A stretch of DNA of 64,000 bases, taken from positions 44,208,001 through 44,272,000 of the forward strand of contig NC_058368.1 of the NCBI RefSeq assembly GCF_018350175.1, written 5' to 3'. A program made the position numbers and the translations under genes. Within the stretch, counting starts at the first letter, position 1. The number at the start of each line of letters is the position of its first letter. Source of the stretch: Felis catus. Lineage: Eukaryota. The notes beneath the pieces were generated by a model that saw only the letters and a program-made list of their open reading frames with translations, did no database searches and had not been told where the DNA came from. Shown here one piece after another: positions 1 through 12,622 of this stretch.

Positions 1-189
1 GGCAGGAAATTACAAACTCTCTAAATTGATCTTTTCTTAATCAATGATGTGGGTGAAGAAATATATTAATATCAAGAAGTAAGAAGATAAATGTTACTTA
101 GAGTTGTTAGGACATTTGTTTCTAGTATTATGGAATAAGTGGGTTGAAAGAAAGTGGTTATTCTCTCTCCCCTTTTCTTCAGAGTATTT

Positions 190-840
190 ACATTCATTTG
201 TGCCTTATTTAAGGAGTGTCAATCTCCTATCAGGCACTGCTTTCTTAATGTGAAGGATACAGCTGTGAATAAAACAGGATTTGTTCTCCAATCTGGTTTA
301 CATGTTTCTATGGGGCACACAAAATTAATAAGTATATAAATACATAAAGAAGATAATATAATGGTAGAGTATAACATATGCCAAAAAGAAGTGATTGACA
401 AGGAATGGATGGTGAGAATAATTTATATTGGACAGTTTGAAAATAGAGGTTGAATCAAGGTCTGAACAACATACAAAAATCAACCAAGGGAACATCAGGA
501 AGCAAACCGTTCCAGACAAAGCAAATAACTAATCCAAGACTAAAACTTGGAAGCATCTCAATGTGTTCAAGAAGCATAAAGATGGTCTATGTGCTGGAAT
601 TCAGAAAGGTAGGGAAATGAGAATAGGATATATGTTCAAGAAGGTTAAAAGATTTAAAATTTGTTCAACCTTATGGTAAACCAAAGGCTATTGGGGAGAT
701 TTACATTAGGAGAGGAGAATGATATGATTTTCTTTCATAAGGTCTCAGAAGTCACTGAATAGAATGGGAGAAAGGAAAGTAGTTAGAAAGCTATTTTAAT
801 ACTCTAGTGACAAATGACAGTGGTTCAGACTAGAAATATG
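190..840 (-). mobile_element. Degraded LINE-2 3' portion
   Basis: Begins CATTCATTTG...AGGCACTG...GGATACAGCTGTGAATAAAACAG, resembling the reverse complement of the L2 3' end, and continues with purine-rich L2-like sequence. Confidence 0.65.
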
Positions 841-879
841 AGGAAAGATTTAAAGAAAAAAAGAAAGAAAGAAATTAAA

Positions 880-965
880 GTTTCAACAAATTCTTCTTTT
901 GTCCTAAACTACTACTATGAATTGGGTTTTTGTCTATTGCAACCAAAAGAATATTAGCTAATAAA
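880..965 (+). mobile_element. MLT1 (MaLR) LTR 3'-end fragment (MLT1K/L-like)
   Basis: ...GAATTGGGTTTTTGTCTATTGCAACCAAAAGAATATTAGCTAATA resembles the MLT1K/L LTR terminus. Confidence 0.5.
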
Positions 966-1049
966 AGAGTATCCAATCCTGCTATGAAGTAAAGGAAGAT
1001 AATAGGTGAAAATATCCACTGAATTTGGCATTCAATACAACAAAGTCAG

Positions 1050-1900
1050 TGTCAGCTGTGGATATGACATATTTATCCTAGCAAACCTCTAAAAATGTCC
1101 TTTGATATCCCTGTGAAAATGTTCAAAATGTGAACTATAATAGAATAAAACCATTTATATAAAAACTATCAAGATGGATGTTAAGTGAGGTCTCTGGTAT
1201 TTTATTATATGGATAGCCTCATGTCATTTATAAATTAATCAAATTAAAATATGAGATATTGTTTTTAAAACTCTGGATACAGAGAAAATTTACAGAATGA
1301 CTAATGAGTTAAATAAAATAATTGGTATTTAAAACTGCTTCACAATATTAGATAGATGGTCTGAATGTAGCAAGCTGAATTAATAGCAATTTTTTAAAAA
1401 ATTAAACTTTAAAAACACTACATTAATTCATGTGGTATAACATGGCATGAACTCAAATTAATAGCTTATTTGAATAATACCTGATGTTCTAGGAGTTGAT
1501 GAACTCAATATGAGGTCTGTGTCCTGCTGATTGATAGAATAAAAGTGAAATTAGTTCATATTAATAGACATGTATGTTTGAATAAATTATCCAAAATTCT
1601 CTTTGGAGTACTAGATCATTTATATGTGTTATAATTTAAGATAGGCATAGATAATAGTCAGAAACATGTCCTATGGTGTGTGAAACCATGACTTATGAAA
1701 AAATCAAGATTCAGAGATTTGCAAAAAGTTAGTATGAGGATATGACAGCTGAGTTCAGTTAATTTTTTTTCCTGTTAAATACTTCTTTATATACTGTTCC
1801 AGAGGAATAATCTATAGTATTTGGTTGTTAAAATATGTAAAGAGATCAATATTGGGAAGAACCTACTAAGAATATTATTAAGAATCTTACCTCTGGCTCA
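1050..1900 (+). mobile_element. Highly degraded L3/CR1 LINE fragment
   Basis: Ordered motifs such as CTCAATATGAG, TGGAGTACT, GAAACCATGACTTATGAAAAA, GATATGACAGCTG, TCCAGAGG and TCAATATTGGGAAGAAC follow the CR1/L3 3' region. Confidence 0.5.
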
Positions 1901-3515
1901 ATTACTTCTAAAATAGTCTGCTCTGCTCTGTCATTATAAATGTTTAAAGCTAGGGCAGATATCAGTTCAGAAAAATGGAGCAAGCATGTAGAAAATTAAG
2001 ATTTGAAAAGACCTAAGTTCTTTTCAACCATTCATCTTAATTTTTTATACTTATATAATATTGTGTGAATTTTATCTAATCTAACCATGGTAATTTTTCT
2101 TATAGAGATGAGTGAACAGACAAACAGGATAGAGAGATGAAATGGTTGATCAAATGGAAGAAATAGTAGACAACACAGAATACATTATAACAAAGATGAA
2201 AAAAGATGAAGAAGGTGGACTCACAATGCATTTAAATTTCACTATATTGCTACCTCACCATTGCCTAAGGTTATTGAGTGAAATAATGTCCACTTGTCCT
2301 CACATTTAAAAGAGAAACAAAGCAAGTCTTAACTGGATAAGAATTCTGGCAATTCCTATAGGTTGTCTGCTTAATCTTACATGGCAGACTGTTGTAAATT
2401 TCAAACACAGACTCAATTCGATCACAAATATTAATCAAAATTCTGAACTGAACCAGTGAGAAGTTTATGCCATTCTCACAGCTCAGGCAGCTTCAGGTGG
2501 AAAAACAAAAACAACAACAAAACATTATTGGCTTTTATAATTCCCTATTGGCTGTTTCTCTTCCTACTATTATCTCTTGCCAAAGGGATCCATTGATCCC
2601 TTTGGAAAGACATGGCCAAGGAGAATGGCAGTTTTACATTTTCATTAGTATTATCATAAACTGACTTCATTCTCTATAAGCATCACAGTAGTTTAAAGAT
2701 GGCTCTTAGTCTCCTGGGACACAATTTTAAGGATGTTCAGACCTTTCTTTCCAGGTTGGTCCAATCCATTTTCTTTCACTGCTGCAGATTCATATATTCT
2801 GGGGGTCAGTTGGTCCTCCACCCTCAGTACCAGCTCACTCACTTCAAGCTTCTTATTACTGATATTTTTATATCCATCTGCATAGCCCTGTAGGCTCTGT
2901 TGTTTCTCTTTCTCAAAGGGACAACATCTAAGTTTGTGGAAATTCATACATAGCCCCTGCCCAATAAACTATGAACATGTCAGCAAATCCCACAGTAATG
3001 GCGCTTCCTGACTCTGGCACCAAAGCTGCCAGAGAAATACTTGTCCTCAATGCTTCTCGGGCTGAAGTCAGATTGTAGACCAACCTCAATCCAACCAGTG
3101 TTTGTCATTTATTCGGTGTTTGTAGGCCCCTGTGGAAGCCTCCTTTAGGTTTGACATGAAGGGATTAGCACCAGGTTCCATGGTGAAAGGTAGAAGGAGC
3201 AGAGCAAAGATTTCTCCTAAAATACCATCCTCACACAATGATCTCATTTATTATCTCATTTTTTTTGTATTCTCAAATTTTTTTTTGTATTCTCAAAATA
3301 TGAAGGTGTTTGAGATCAAAGAAACAGTTTGTAGTCAAAATTATTTGAACATTGGTATATGGTTATTGGCAAAAACCTTTCTTATGTCTATTTTATTTTA
3401 ATGTCTACTATAAATTTCTGATAGAAAATCCTGTTTTAAAGATAATTATTGAGAGCAAAGCAAGTTGGATGGGAGGTAGATCTAGGTATACCGAGGTGAG
3501 GATAATAGATATTCT

Positions 3516-3538
3516 TTTTGTTTTGAACCTTTTTTTTT

Positions 3539-3581
<43 letters not shown>

Positions 3582-3748
3582 CGAGCAGGGGAGAGGGGCA
3601 GAGGGAGAGATAGAGAATCTCAATCAGGCAATCAGGCTCCATGTTCAGGGCAGAGCTCAACACAAGGCTCGATCTCATGACCCTGGGATCATGACCTAAG
3701 CAGAAATCAAGAGTCAGACCTTAAATGACTAAACCACCCAGGTACTCC
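3516..3748 (-). mobile_element. Carnivore tRNA-derived SINE (SINEC)
   Basis: T-rich tail, (GA)n and a head ending CCACCCAGGTACTCC; degenerate TSD ATAATAGATATTCT (3502-3515) / ATAGTAGACATTCT (3750-3763). Confidence 0.9.
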
Positions 3749-4661
3749 AATAGTAGACATTCTAAAGAATAAAACAGAACAGAATGAGATGAAGAAAAAA
3801 TCTTATTTAAAGATTACTTACCTGATCCATAGGCAAAATTGAGTCTCCAGATTTGAAGAATGTATTACATCATGGTTAACACACACAAAAAAATATCATG
3901 TTGATATATCCCTTGGTAAAATTCCTGTCATTAAAGAATAAAGAGAAAACTATTCGAGATTTCTACATGTAGAGAAAACATTGCTTAAAGAGTCTGAAAT
4001 AACTGATATAACTAATATCTTCTCTCAAAATGAATGCTTTAAGTACTCTATCATACTACTTGTTTTTCCTTAGAGATTTTTTCCTTTCTTTTTTCCTTTG
4101 ATCCTTTAGAGCATTCTGTCTGCCTTCTCCTATCAGGATTATTTAACTTTGAGTGGATTACACAGGTGTGATCTGGAGCATCCCTTCATCATAGTTCTAA
4201 GTATATATTTTGCCTTCTGTTTTGAACCACCAGTTCACTAGATCTGTTTTGTTGTTTTATCTTGTTATTTTTTGGACAAGAAGAGTGCATAAAAATAATG
4301 TTTTTAAAAGCTTAATTATGTTATCATCAAATATTATGAAATGTTTTCATGCTGCTACAAGTAGAGCTAAAGAGAAAAAATTAAAAATAAACCAACGGAA
4401 ACTCCTTAATGATTTGCCTATGAACAGTATTTTTTATGAGAATATCACACCAATAGAGATGGATAATTCCCACCCCCTCTTGTATTTCTTACAATTCCAG
4501 CTAAGAAGAATTACTTGCAAATGGAGGACACCTCAAATGGATGACAATTTGTTAGTATATCCCTATGCTTGTCTTGTGTTTGTTTTTCACTGTTGAAAAA
4601 CTACTGTTGAAGACATAATCTTATCCAACTTCCTTTTAGTAGGACTTGTTAACTTACATTA

Positions 4662-5041
4662 TGCTATAGACAGAGTGTCTATCTGTGTCCCCCCAAATTC
4701 CTATGTTGAAATCCTAACCCCCTATTTAATGGTAGTAGGAGGTGGAGACTTTGGTAACTGATTCGGTCATAAGGGCTCTGTCCTCATGTAAGACTTTAGT
4801 GCCTTTATAAAAGAAACCTAGAAGAGCTCCGTCATCTCATCTGCCAGGTGAGAATACAGCAAAAAGATGGTTGTGTATAAACTAGAAATGAACTAGAAAG
4901 TGAGCTGTCACTAGACCCCAAATCTGTTGGTGCCTTTAACTGAACTTCCCAGCCTCCGGAACTGTGAGAAATAAATGTCTGTTGTTTATAAATCCCCTAG
5001 TCTATGGTTTTCTGCTATAGCAGTCTGAATGAACTAAGCCA
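4662..5041 (+). mobile_element. MLT1A/A0 solo LTR nested in the older MLT1 5' LTR
   Basis: TG...CA termini (TGCTATAGAC...AACTAAGCCA), 5-bp TSD CATTA (4657-4661 / 5042-5046), GTGTCCCCCCAAATTC start motif and GAGAAATAAA polyA signal. Confidence 0.9.
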
Positions 5042-6030
5042 CATTAATATTGAAAAATGGGAACTGCTTCTCTCTGCTTTCCATGAGAGGAATGTATTCA
5101 CTACCAGCTGAATTTGGGTTCAGTTATGTTACTCCTTTGTCCAATGGGAGGTTAGCAGATGTGACATAAACAGTGTTTTTAATGTGTTTGTGTGCTTGGG
5201 TATGTCACCTTGCACATCTGCCATCTCTAGAAGAGCCGTGGTTGAGTAGTCCTTGTCTTTCAGCCTTGGCCCCAGGAAGAATACTTTGGAGCAGATACTC
5301 CTAAGCTCAACTGTAGAGCCATGAGAAAAAGAAATATTTATTGTGAGAAGCTAGAAGCTTTTTTTTTCCTTCTCTTTTCTCATGTTGTAAAAGCTGATAC
5401 AAAAATTGACAACAGAAACAGAACAGTTGTTTGTAAAAAGAAGCTAGAATATATAGTGGTGGGTTTTGGAACAAGTCTTCTCTTAAATTCTTCTCTTAAA
5501 TGGAGAAAACTGATAGCAGAAGTAGGAAAAATGGCAATTCATTTTCTTTAGTGCTGAAACACTTGGTGAAATTGTGCTCCTGATTTTTAAAGAGGAGAAG
5601 CTGTTCCTGATGTATTTTCAATTAAAGGCTTGGAGATCTTGAGGCAAAAATGTCAAAATAATGAGTTTGTTGCTACTAGCCATGATTCATAATTTACTAT
5701 AAGATAGAGGTAAGCTCACAAAAATATGTGCCAATTTGCAAAGATAATTTTGAAGTAACCTAAGAGACCCATGACCTTACAGATTTTGAAAGTAAAACAA
5801 CTTTTCACCAAATAAAATACAACTGTTATTATATACGATAAGCAAAAAGTCCAAATTAGGTGTGTTGCTCAAATATTTTTAGTTACCATTTCTGAAAGGA
5901 ATTAATTGATATCAAATAGACCGTTAACTTGATAAAAGGTCCCAAAGAAAAATACAGTATCACAGCAGGCTGATTTGCTCAAAGCACCCATAATTTAGTC
6001 TAGAGAGAGTAACATTTTAAAAATAATTGA

Positions 6031-6245
6031 GAGAATCCTGGGTGGCTCAGTCGGTTAAGTGACTGACTCTTGATTTTGGCTCAGGTGATGATATCACGGT
6101 TCATTTGTGAGACTGAGCCCGACATCCTGCTCTGCACTGAGGGCACAGAGCCTGCTTGGGATTCTCTCTCTCCCACTCTCCCTGCCCCTCCCCTACTCAT
6201 GCTCTCTTTATCTCTCTCTCAAAATAAATAAATGCACTTAAAAAA
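6031..6245 (+). mobile_element. SINEC inserted in MaLR internal region
   Basis: CCTGGGTGGCTCAGTCGGTTAAG head, (CT)n, AATAAA tail. Confidence 0.9.
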
Positions 6246-7467
6246 TGATAACTGAGGATGTGGTTCCTGACACATGGAATTGTTTGAATTTTTGGACTTG
6301 TAAAACTAAAACACCTGTGAAAACCATAGTGTCAGAAGTGCTACCAGTCAGATCACAAGAAGTGAAATTATTTAAATTATAAGAAATATTTTGGTCCCCA
6401 ATTTTTCAAAGCTACTAATCAGATTGAGAGAGCTTCTTAGACTCCCTAAAGTGCACATTCATTAATTCTGTTAATTATTTTATTCTTAACCAATCTTTCA
6501 GACTTTGGTATGGAGCATGATGCAAAGAGAAAGAACTTCTAGAGGACAGAGCCAAGAGCTGTGACAAAACCTGGGCCTAATGATGAACTATTCATTTCCC
6601 TCAGAGTTTGGATACCTGGTAACATCTATACAGAATTGGTAAGGACAAGGACTTCTGTTTGCCTTGGGAGGCTAACAGCAACTTGTTCCATGCATTAATG
6701 TTTAGTGTGAAGAAAAGGAGTAAGTTGGCTTCTTGGTTCAGAGGATTCCAGATAAAGAGGGCTCCATTAAGATTTCACCAAGATTTCAAGAACCTGGACT
6801 TCAAACTTGATACCATGATTTTGGCAAAACCTTTGGAAATCTTGTATTTTTCATGTCAGAGAGACTTGAACAAGTAGAGAGATCATGATCGTCTGAATAT
6901 TATTCAAAAATATTTACTCCCTCTACTTTACTTCCATGGGAAGAATATACTTCCTAAACTTTCTCTTTGGGCTTATTCATGTAAATGTGATATGCTTTGA
7001 CCAATGAACACATTAATAGGTGTTAAGCCAATAATAATTTAAAATTTGCTTGCACTGCATGCTTTCTTATTTTTCTGCCATTATATTGTAAAAAGAAATT
7101 TTCCTGAATATGGGCTTCTCTGTCAGTTCAAACCCTAGAATAAACACATATATGGTGAAACCATTTTAGTCAATCTGTGGACCTGAACCATGAAATACAG
7201 CCACTAGAGCCTCACACAAAATGACTCACCAAAGTCTAAAATCAGTGATAAAAATAATTATTATTGTCATTTTAATAAATATGTTCATCTCTAGGAAAAT
7301 TAGCCATATAGTGAAATACATTAAAATTAATTATGTGGTAAAAATGGCATAATTCAGGATTTTTTTTCTTAAATTTTTCATGAACTCTACTTCAGAATTC
7401 CATCATTTAACATTGTATTTCTATTAACATGTCTAATAATTTGTATCTCTTAAGAAAATTCTTAATC

Positions 7468-7745
7468 GGGGCACCTGGATAGTTCAGTCAGTTAAGCATC
7501 CAACTTCAGCTCAGGTCATGAGCCCCACATTGGGCTCCACGCTGACAGTGTGGAGCATGCTTGGGATTCTCTGTCTCTCCCTCCCTCTTTCCCTCTCCTG
7601 CTCACAAGCATTCTCTCTCTCTCTCGCTCTCAAAAATAAATATTAATTTTTTTTAAAAAAAGAAAATGTCTCTCCCTCTCTCTTTCCCTCTCTTGCTCAC
7701 ATGCGTTCTCTCTCTCTCTCAAAAATAAACATTAAAAAAATTTTA
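7468..7745 (+). mobile_element. SINEC with tandemly duplicated 3' tail
   Basis: GGGGCACCTGG head; two tail units (7572-7666, 7667-7752); TSD AAGAAAATTCTTAA (7452-7465) / AAGAAAATTGTTAA (7746-7759). Confidence 0.9.
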
Positions 7746-7799
7746 AAGAAAATTGTTAAAATCATTTCAGTCATTTAAAAGTTCAAAATCATCATCATC

Positions 7800-7905
7800 A
7801 TAATCAAGTCAGTGTGGTATTGGCAAAAGAGATAGACACATTGATCAATGGAAGAGAATAGAATCCAGGCATGAACCTACATATACATAATTGATTCTTG
7901 ACAAA
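7800..7905 (+). mobile_element. Old L1 ORF2 fragment
   Basis: TAATCAAGTCAGTGTGGTATTGGC...ATAGACACATTGATCAATGGAAGAGAATAG matches the L1 ORF2 'IKTVWYW...DQWNRIE' region. Confidence 0.75.
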
Positions 7906-9586
7906 CTTTAAAAGTTTAGGAGGGGGTATTTTAAACCTTCAGCAGTTAACTATATGTAAACCTAAATCCACCCTCTCTGTATTATGTCCATTCCTTCTCT
8001 TTTAATTTTTTTGCACGGTACTCTCATGATCTTAATTTATGGACTAAATTTTAAAGTTAAATACCACAAGCACACTAAATATAAATTTTTATGGAAAAAC
8101 CACTTTAAAACAAAAACATACTTACCTCATTCACAAACATTTCTGTATGTAATATTTATACATATATACTGTAGTGTCTCCTACAATACATCAAAAAAGA
8201 TTATTGGAGGAGATATTTCAGTACAAATTTCTCCAAACGGTTTCAAGACGTATTTGGCATTTATGATTTCCCGCCTACATAACTACTCAGAATTGTAAGC
8301 CCATACTGATAGATTTTCTACCTCTAGCTGAAGCCCAAAAATTTAATTCCTGGAGGATTTGAAGCACTTGCTTGATGTAATTAACAAATGTTAATTACAT
8401 TTGTTTGCTAGTTGACAAATGTCAACTGTTAAAACATATGTTACCTCACTAGATTCCTTGAGTTGCAGTGTGAACTTTCTGCTTATGCAGCTTCATTCTG
8501 CCTTCAGAAATTGTTCTGCATATAGTACTTTTTTGTGGACAATGGTTTGGTCTATGGATAGAGAATCAGATAATTACGGGTATGGGGACACACTGTCACT
8601 CAGAGTACTGGGTTAGGTTGTTAATCTCCATCTGGATCTATTGTAGGTTAAAGGGTGTTGTTTGTCGAAGTGCAATTTTTCTGTTAAGTCTTTGCTGTCA
8701 AAACTTAGGAATCTCCCTTTTTATTCTCTGTACTCAGCTCACCACAGGGTCCTTGTAGAAACTTGATTTGACAGACACATTTTCATTACCATGGGATCCA
8801 TTGCTTCTGATGGTTCCATGGCAGAACTGCCTACTTCCCACTTGGAGCTATCTGACAAACCTCTTCTGGGGTAAAAATGGAAGGATCTTAGTAACTAAGA
8901 AAATGGTCAGCACAATACACCCAAATGTGAGTTGTTGTTTCTAAAATAAAAAGTAGCTTTGCTTGCATTGTTCTATTTTTTTCTGAATAAGAGATCCAAG
9001 ATATAACAACTTATTTTTATTTTGAGGGTTATTTCAACGTATCCAGATCACCGGACTTCCAAAAATATTCACCAACTAAAGAAGCCATTTATTTTTATGG
9101 AATCACAGAATTTCATGGAATGAAGTGCTGCTTTGTGGATTTCTTATCAGAATAAGATCACTATTTACTGGACAACTGAAATGTCCCCTGGGACAGTACA
9201 ATGATCAATATCCCCGCAATTAAAATGTGTTCTAAATTTAGAAGTAAGATGGAGAAGATCTATTGTTCTCTTGCCATGTGGAAGCAAACTACTTCTGAGT
9301 ATTTGAGAGAGAGGTGATGAGGAGAGAGAAAGAGAAAGAGGGAGGGAGATTGAATTTCCAGATCAATAGTAATAAAAAAAAAAACTTGTTTTATAACTAG
9401 TTGTAAAAGAGGTGCTTGGGATTTGATTTGTGTTTAATTTCCTCAAGTAAGGAGACAACATCTGGATGAATATCTGAAATTGAAGTTACTCCCTGCTTAA
9501 ACTTAAAATAATCACTTTCATATTACAAGATCACTCTCAAACGTTAGGTTAATAAGTGAAATAAAGGAGATGGGATAGTAACCGCC

Positions 9587-10260
9587 TGTGACAGTTAACC
9601 ATTTATTCAGTAATACTGCATATCTTTTTTTTTTCAACGTTTATTTATTTTTGGGTCAGAGAGAGACAGAGCATGAACGGGGAAGGGGCAGAGAGAGAGG
9701 GAGACACAGAATCGGAAACAGGCTCCAGGCTCTGAGCCATCAGCCCAGAGCCCGACGCGGGGCTCGAACTCACGGACCGCGAGATCGTGACCTGGCTGAA
9801 GTCGGACGCTTAACCGACTACGCCACCCAGGCGCCCCAGTAATACTGCATATCTTGATGTGCAGTATTTTATTGGCTTAAAACAACAACCCTATTATTTC
9901 TCATGAATCTAACTAAGTTCCACTAGGTGGTTTTGCTGACTTGGTCCAGTCTTGGCTGCTGTCTGCTAATCTCATGGACACATTTGTAATCAGAGGGTAG
10001 GATGGTATAGGGTGGCCTCAAATGGGGTAACCCAGTTCTCCACAGCGCTTCACACTTTGTCCTCCTGCAGGCTACCAGGACATGATGGTTAATTAGAAGA
10101 ACAAAATGGGCTAAAGAGCAAGCTTTACTATGCAATGGCTTTTCCAGCCTCAGCTTGCAACCCATTTGTTAACATCTCGTTTGCCAAAGCAAGTCATATG
10201 TGGAACAGAATACTCCATCCACAAGAGAACCATTAATATAATCCATCTGTATTCTACTAC
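9587..10260 (-). mobile_element. MLT1 (I/J-like) LTR interrupted by a SINE
   Basis: TGGCTTAAAACAACAACC...TTTCTCATGAATCT and GCCAAAGCAAGTCATATG match the reverse complement of MLT1 LTR motifs. Confidence 0.65.
9627..9837 (-). mobile_element. Young felid SINEC_Fc-type SINE
   Basis: CpG-rich, near-intact body; perfect TSD CAGTAATACTGCATATCTT (9608-9626 / 9837-9855). Confidence 0.97.
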
Positions 10261-11728
10261 TTTTTTATCTTTAGAAAATTCATCCCATTTCTAGTATCTT
10301 TGTCTCCACCACAGATGTGGTTTTAGTTTTGGTTTACACAATTGATGAAATGTGGGAAATACAGAAACTTCCATTTTCTCTTTCTCCCCTAATGATCCTT
10401 ATTCTTTGATTCAGGGAACCAATATGAGGATAAGATAGATAGGCATACATACCTTAATTATAGCCTAAGAATTTGGGAAATGACGTGAGTAGGAATTTAT
10501 TATCTTGCTATACCCATTGTGAGGTAGAATCATGTAAAAACGCCATATCTCACCTAAATTCCACAAGCCCTCACTCTGTTAGATTACAGTTACATTTTAT
10601 ATTCCCAGGGACTAGTACAGATCCAGTGTTCAAGAATTCCTAATACGCTGAATAGTTTCTGTTTCCAAGCACACAGTTACCACTTCTCCTGTTCTAAAGG
10701 CCAGAATAAAAATGCTGTATAGACTTGTGCTGATATTGTAGAGTCGTCCCCCAAGTGTATCAGTGTATCAATAAAGGCATGTCTCGGAATTTGGTAAAAG
10801 TTACTGACATTATTGTGGTAAGCAAGATCAAGTGTTAGTTTACCAGATGTGTTATATTTTTATGATTACACAGAACAGGTAAGAACTTCAGGACTGCCAT
10901 CTCTTTGATTATGAGTGTTTGATTATGTATTTGCTATCATCAAAGATTTCTATAGGTCAGGCTGTTCTGATCACAATTCTAGTTTTTCTATCTATTATGA
11001 TAGCTATGGCAACTCTTACTTTGGAAGCCGAGAGCAATGATTTGGCCTATCATCCCAAGATCACATCATTCCTTGAAGACAATCACCACAGCACTTCCCA
11101 CTGAGTTTAGGCTCTCATCACCAATGTATTTATCAAAGCCATGACAAAATGAATGCCATAGCTCTCCATCTCTGTTTGCCACTGTCCCACGCTTTCTATC
11201 TGTATCACTATTTTTGTATCTCTATTTCAGTCTCTATATCTCTTGTACTTCTATTACTAGACTTTGATCTCTCCCAGCATTCCAGATTTATGTATTCACC
11301 TCTTCACTCCACAGCTTGACTTAGATGTCCTATACATAACTTAAACCATTGCAGAATGTCAATTTTCAATTACATACCCTCATTTAACATGTATCCAGAT
11401 ATATTTCCATCACATTCCACCTTCTGCAGCAGGCTTAAACCATACATTGCATTAATCCTATATTTTATGCAATTAAAATACTTGTACCCATTTATGACAT
11501 TTTGGTGATATTCAACTATATTCTCAAAATGGAATTTTCCCTACGTCTTTATTATGAACATCTTCAAACATAGAAAAGTTGAAATAAAATGATAAACAAC
11601 AAAAATAATGATAAACACCCCAAAATTAAATCTTGATACTTTTTCATTTCTTTTCTGATCTGTAATTTCACGCTCACTGAGTTAATGAAACCATCATCAG
11701 ATTTACTTGTTCAAAACCTAGTATTCAT

Positions 11729-12622
11729 GGGGATCTTGGGAAGATGGCAGCGTAGGAGGACGCTGGGCTCACCGCGCATCCTACTGATCACTTAGAGTCC
11801 ACCTACACCTGCCTAAATAACCCAGAAAACCGCCAGAAGACTAGCAGAACGGAGTCTCCGGAGCCAAGCACAGACGAGAGGCCCATGGAAGAGGGTAGGA
11901 AGGGTGGAGAAGCGGTGCGCGCTCCACGGACTGGCGGGAGGGAGCTGGGGCTGAGGGGTGGCCTGCTGGCCAAGCAGAGCCCCGAGTCTGGCTGGCAAAA
12001 GCTGAGGGGCCAGTCGGAGTGTGTTCCAACAGCAAGCGGGACTTGACATCTGGAAGGTTATAAGCTAACAGCTCTGCTCGGAGAATGGGAAGGCTGGAGG
12101 ACAACAGGAGGGAGAGTTGTTGGGGCCCAGACAATAGAGTGCAGCTTGGTGGGGAACAAAGAAGCTCGCCAGTGCCATCTCCCTCGCCCATCCCCCAGCC
12201 AAAATCCCAAAGGGAACCAGTTCCTATCAGGGAACTTGCTTGCACTATGCAAACACCCAAGGCTGTGCTTCTGAGGATCCATCCCTCTGGCGGGTCTGAC
12301 TCCCTCCAGGTGCCACAGGGCCCCTCCCTAAGCAGATCTCTGAAGGAAAAGTGAGCTGAGCCTGCCCCTCCTGCCCCTGTGCACCTTGCCGACCCACCCC
12401 ATCTAATACGCCAGATCCCCAGCACCACAAGCCTGGCAGTGTGCAAGTAGCCCAGATGGGCCATGCCACCCCACAGTGAATCCCACCCCTAGGAGAAGGG
12501 AAGAGCGGTGGGCTGGGGGCAGACATCAGGACTGACTGCAGCCCCACCCACCAACGCAAGTTATTCAAGACAGCACAGGGGAAGTGCCCCACAGTCCCGC
12601 ACCACTCCAGGGACTATCCAAA
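11729..12622 (+). promoter_or_regulatory. L1 5'UTR internal Pol II promoter with YY1-type motif
   Basis: AAGATGGC at 11741-11748, near the element start as in mammalian L1 promoters; the most GC-rich long stretch of the window. Confidence 0.7.

Larger units (their letters stand above)
4644..7320 (+). mobile_element. Two-LTR MLT1 (MLT1I-like) MaLR provirus: 5' LTR ~4644-5401, internal ~5402-6883, 3' LTR ~6884-7320
   Basis: Two diverged copies of the same LTR (CCATG.GA.GAAT.TA...TTTGGG...TTTG.CCAATG...CTGCCAT) flank a segment whose start (AAATTGACAACAGAA...) and end (TGTATTTTTCATGTCAGAGAGACTTGAAC) resemble MLT1-int termini. Outer boundaries are approximate. Confidence 0.7.

Noticed and set aside
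4210..4596. 128-aa ORF (and other 60-130 aa ORFs in AT-rich DNA)
   Set aside because: Non-ATG start, low-complexity composition, and no splice structure or recognisable homology.
9588..9842. Recurrent 'GQRETEHERGRGRERGRHRI' ORFs (also 56879-57082 and similar)
   Set aside because: Translation of SINE sequence, not a gene family.
11813..12592. Antisense ORFs (207 aa, 115 aa, 78 aa) in the L1 5'UTR as an ORF0-like gene
   Set aside because: GC-rich DNA gives long ORFs by chance, and there is no recognisable domain or splice evidence. It would need conservation across family copies.
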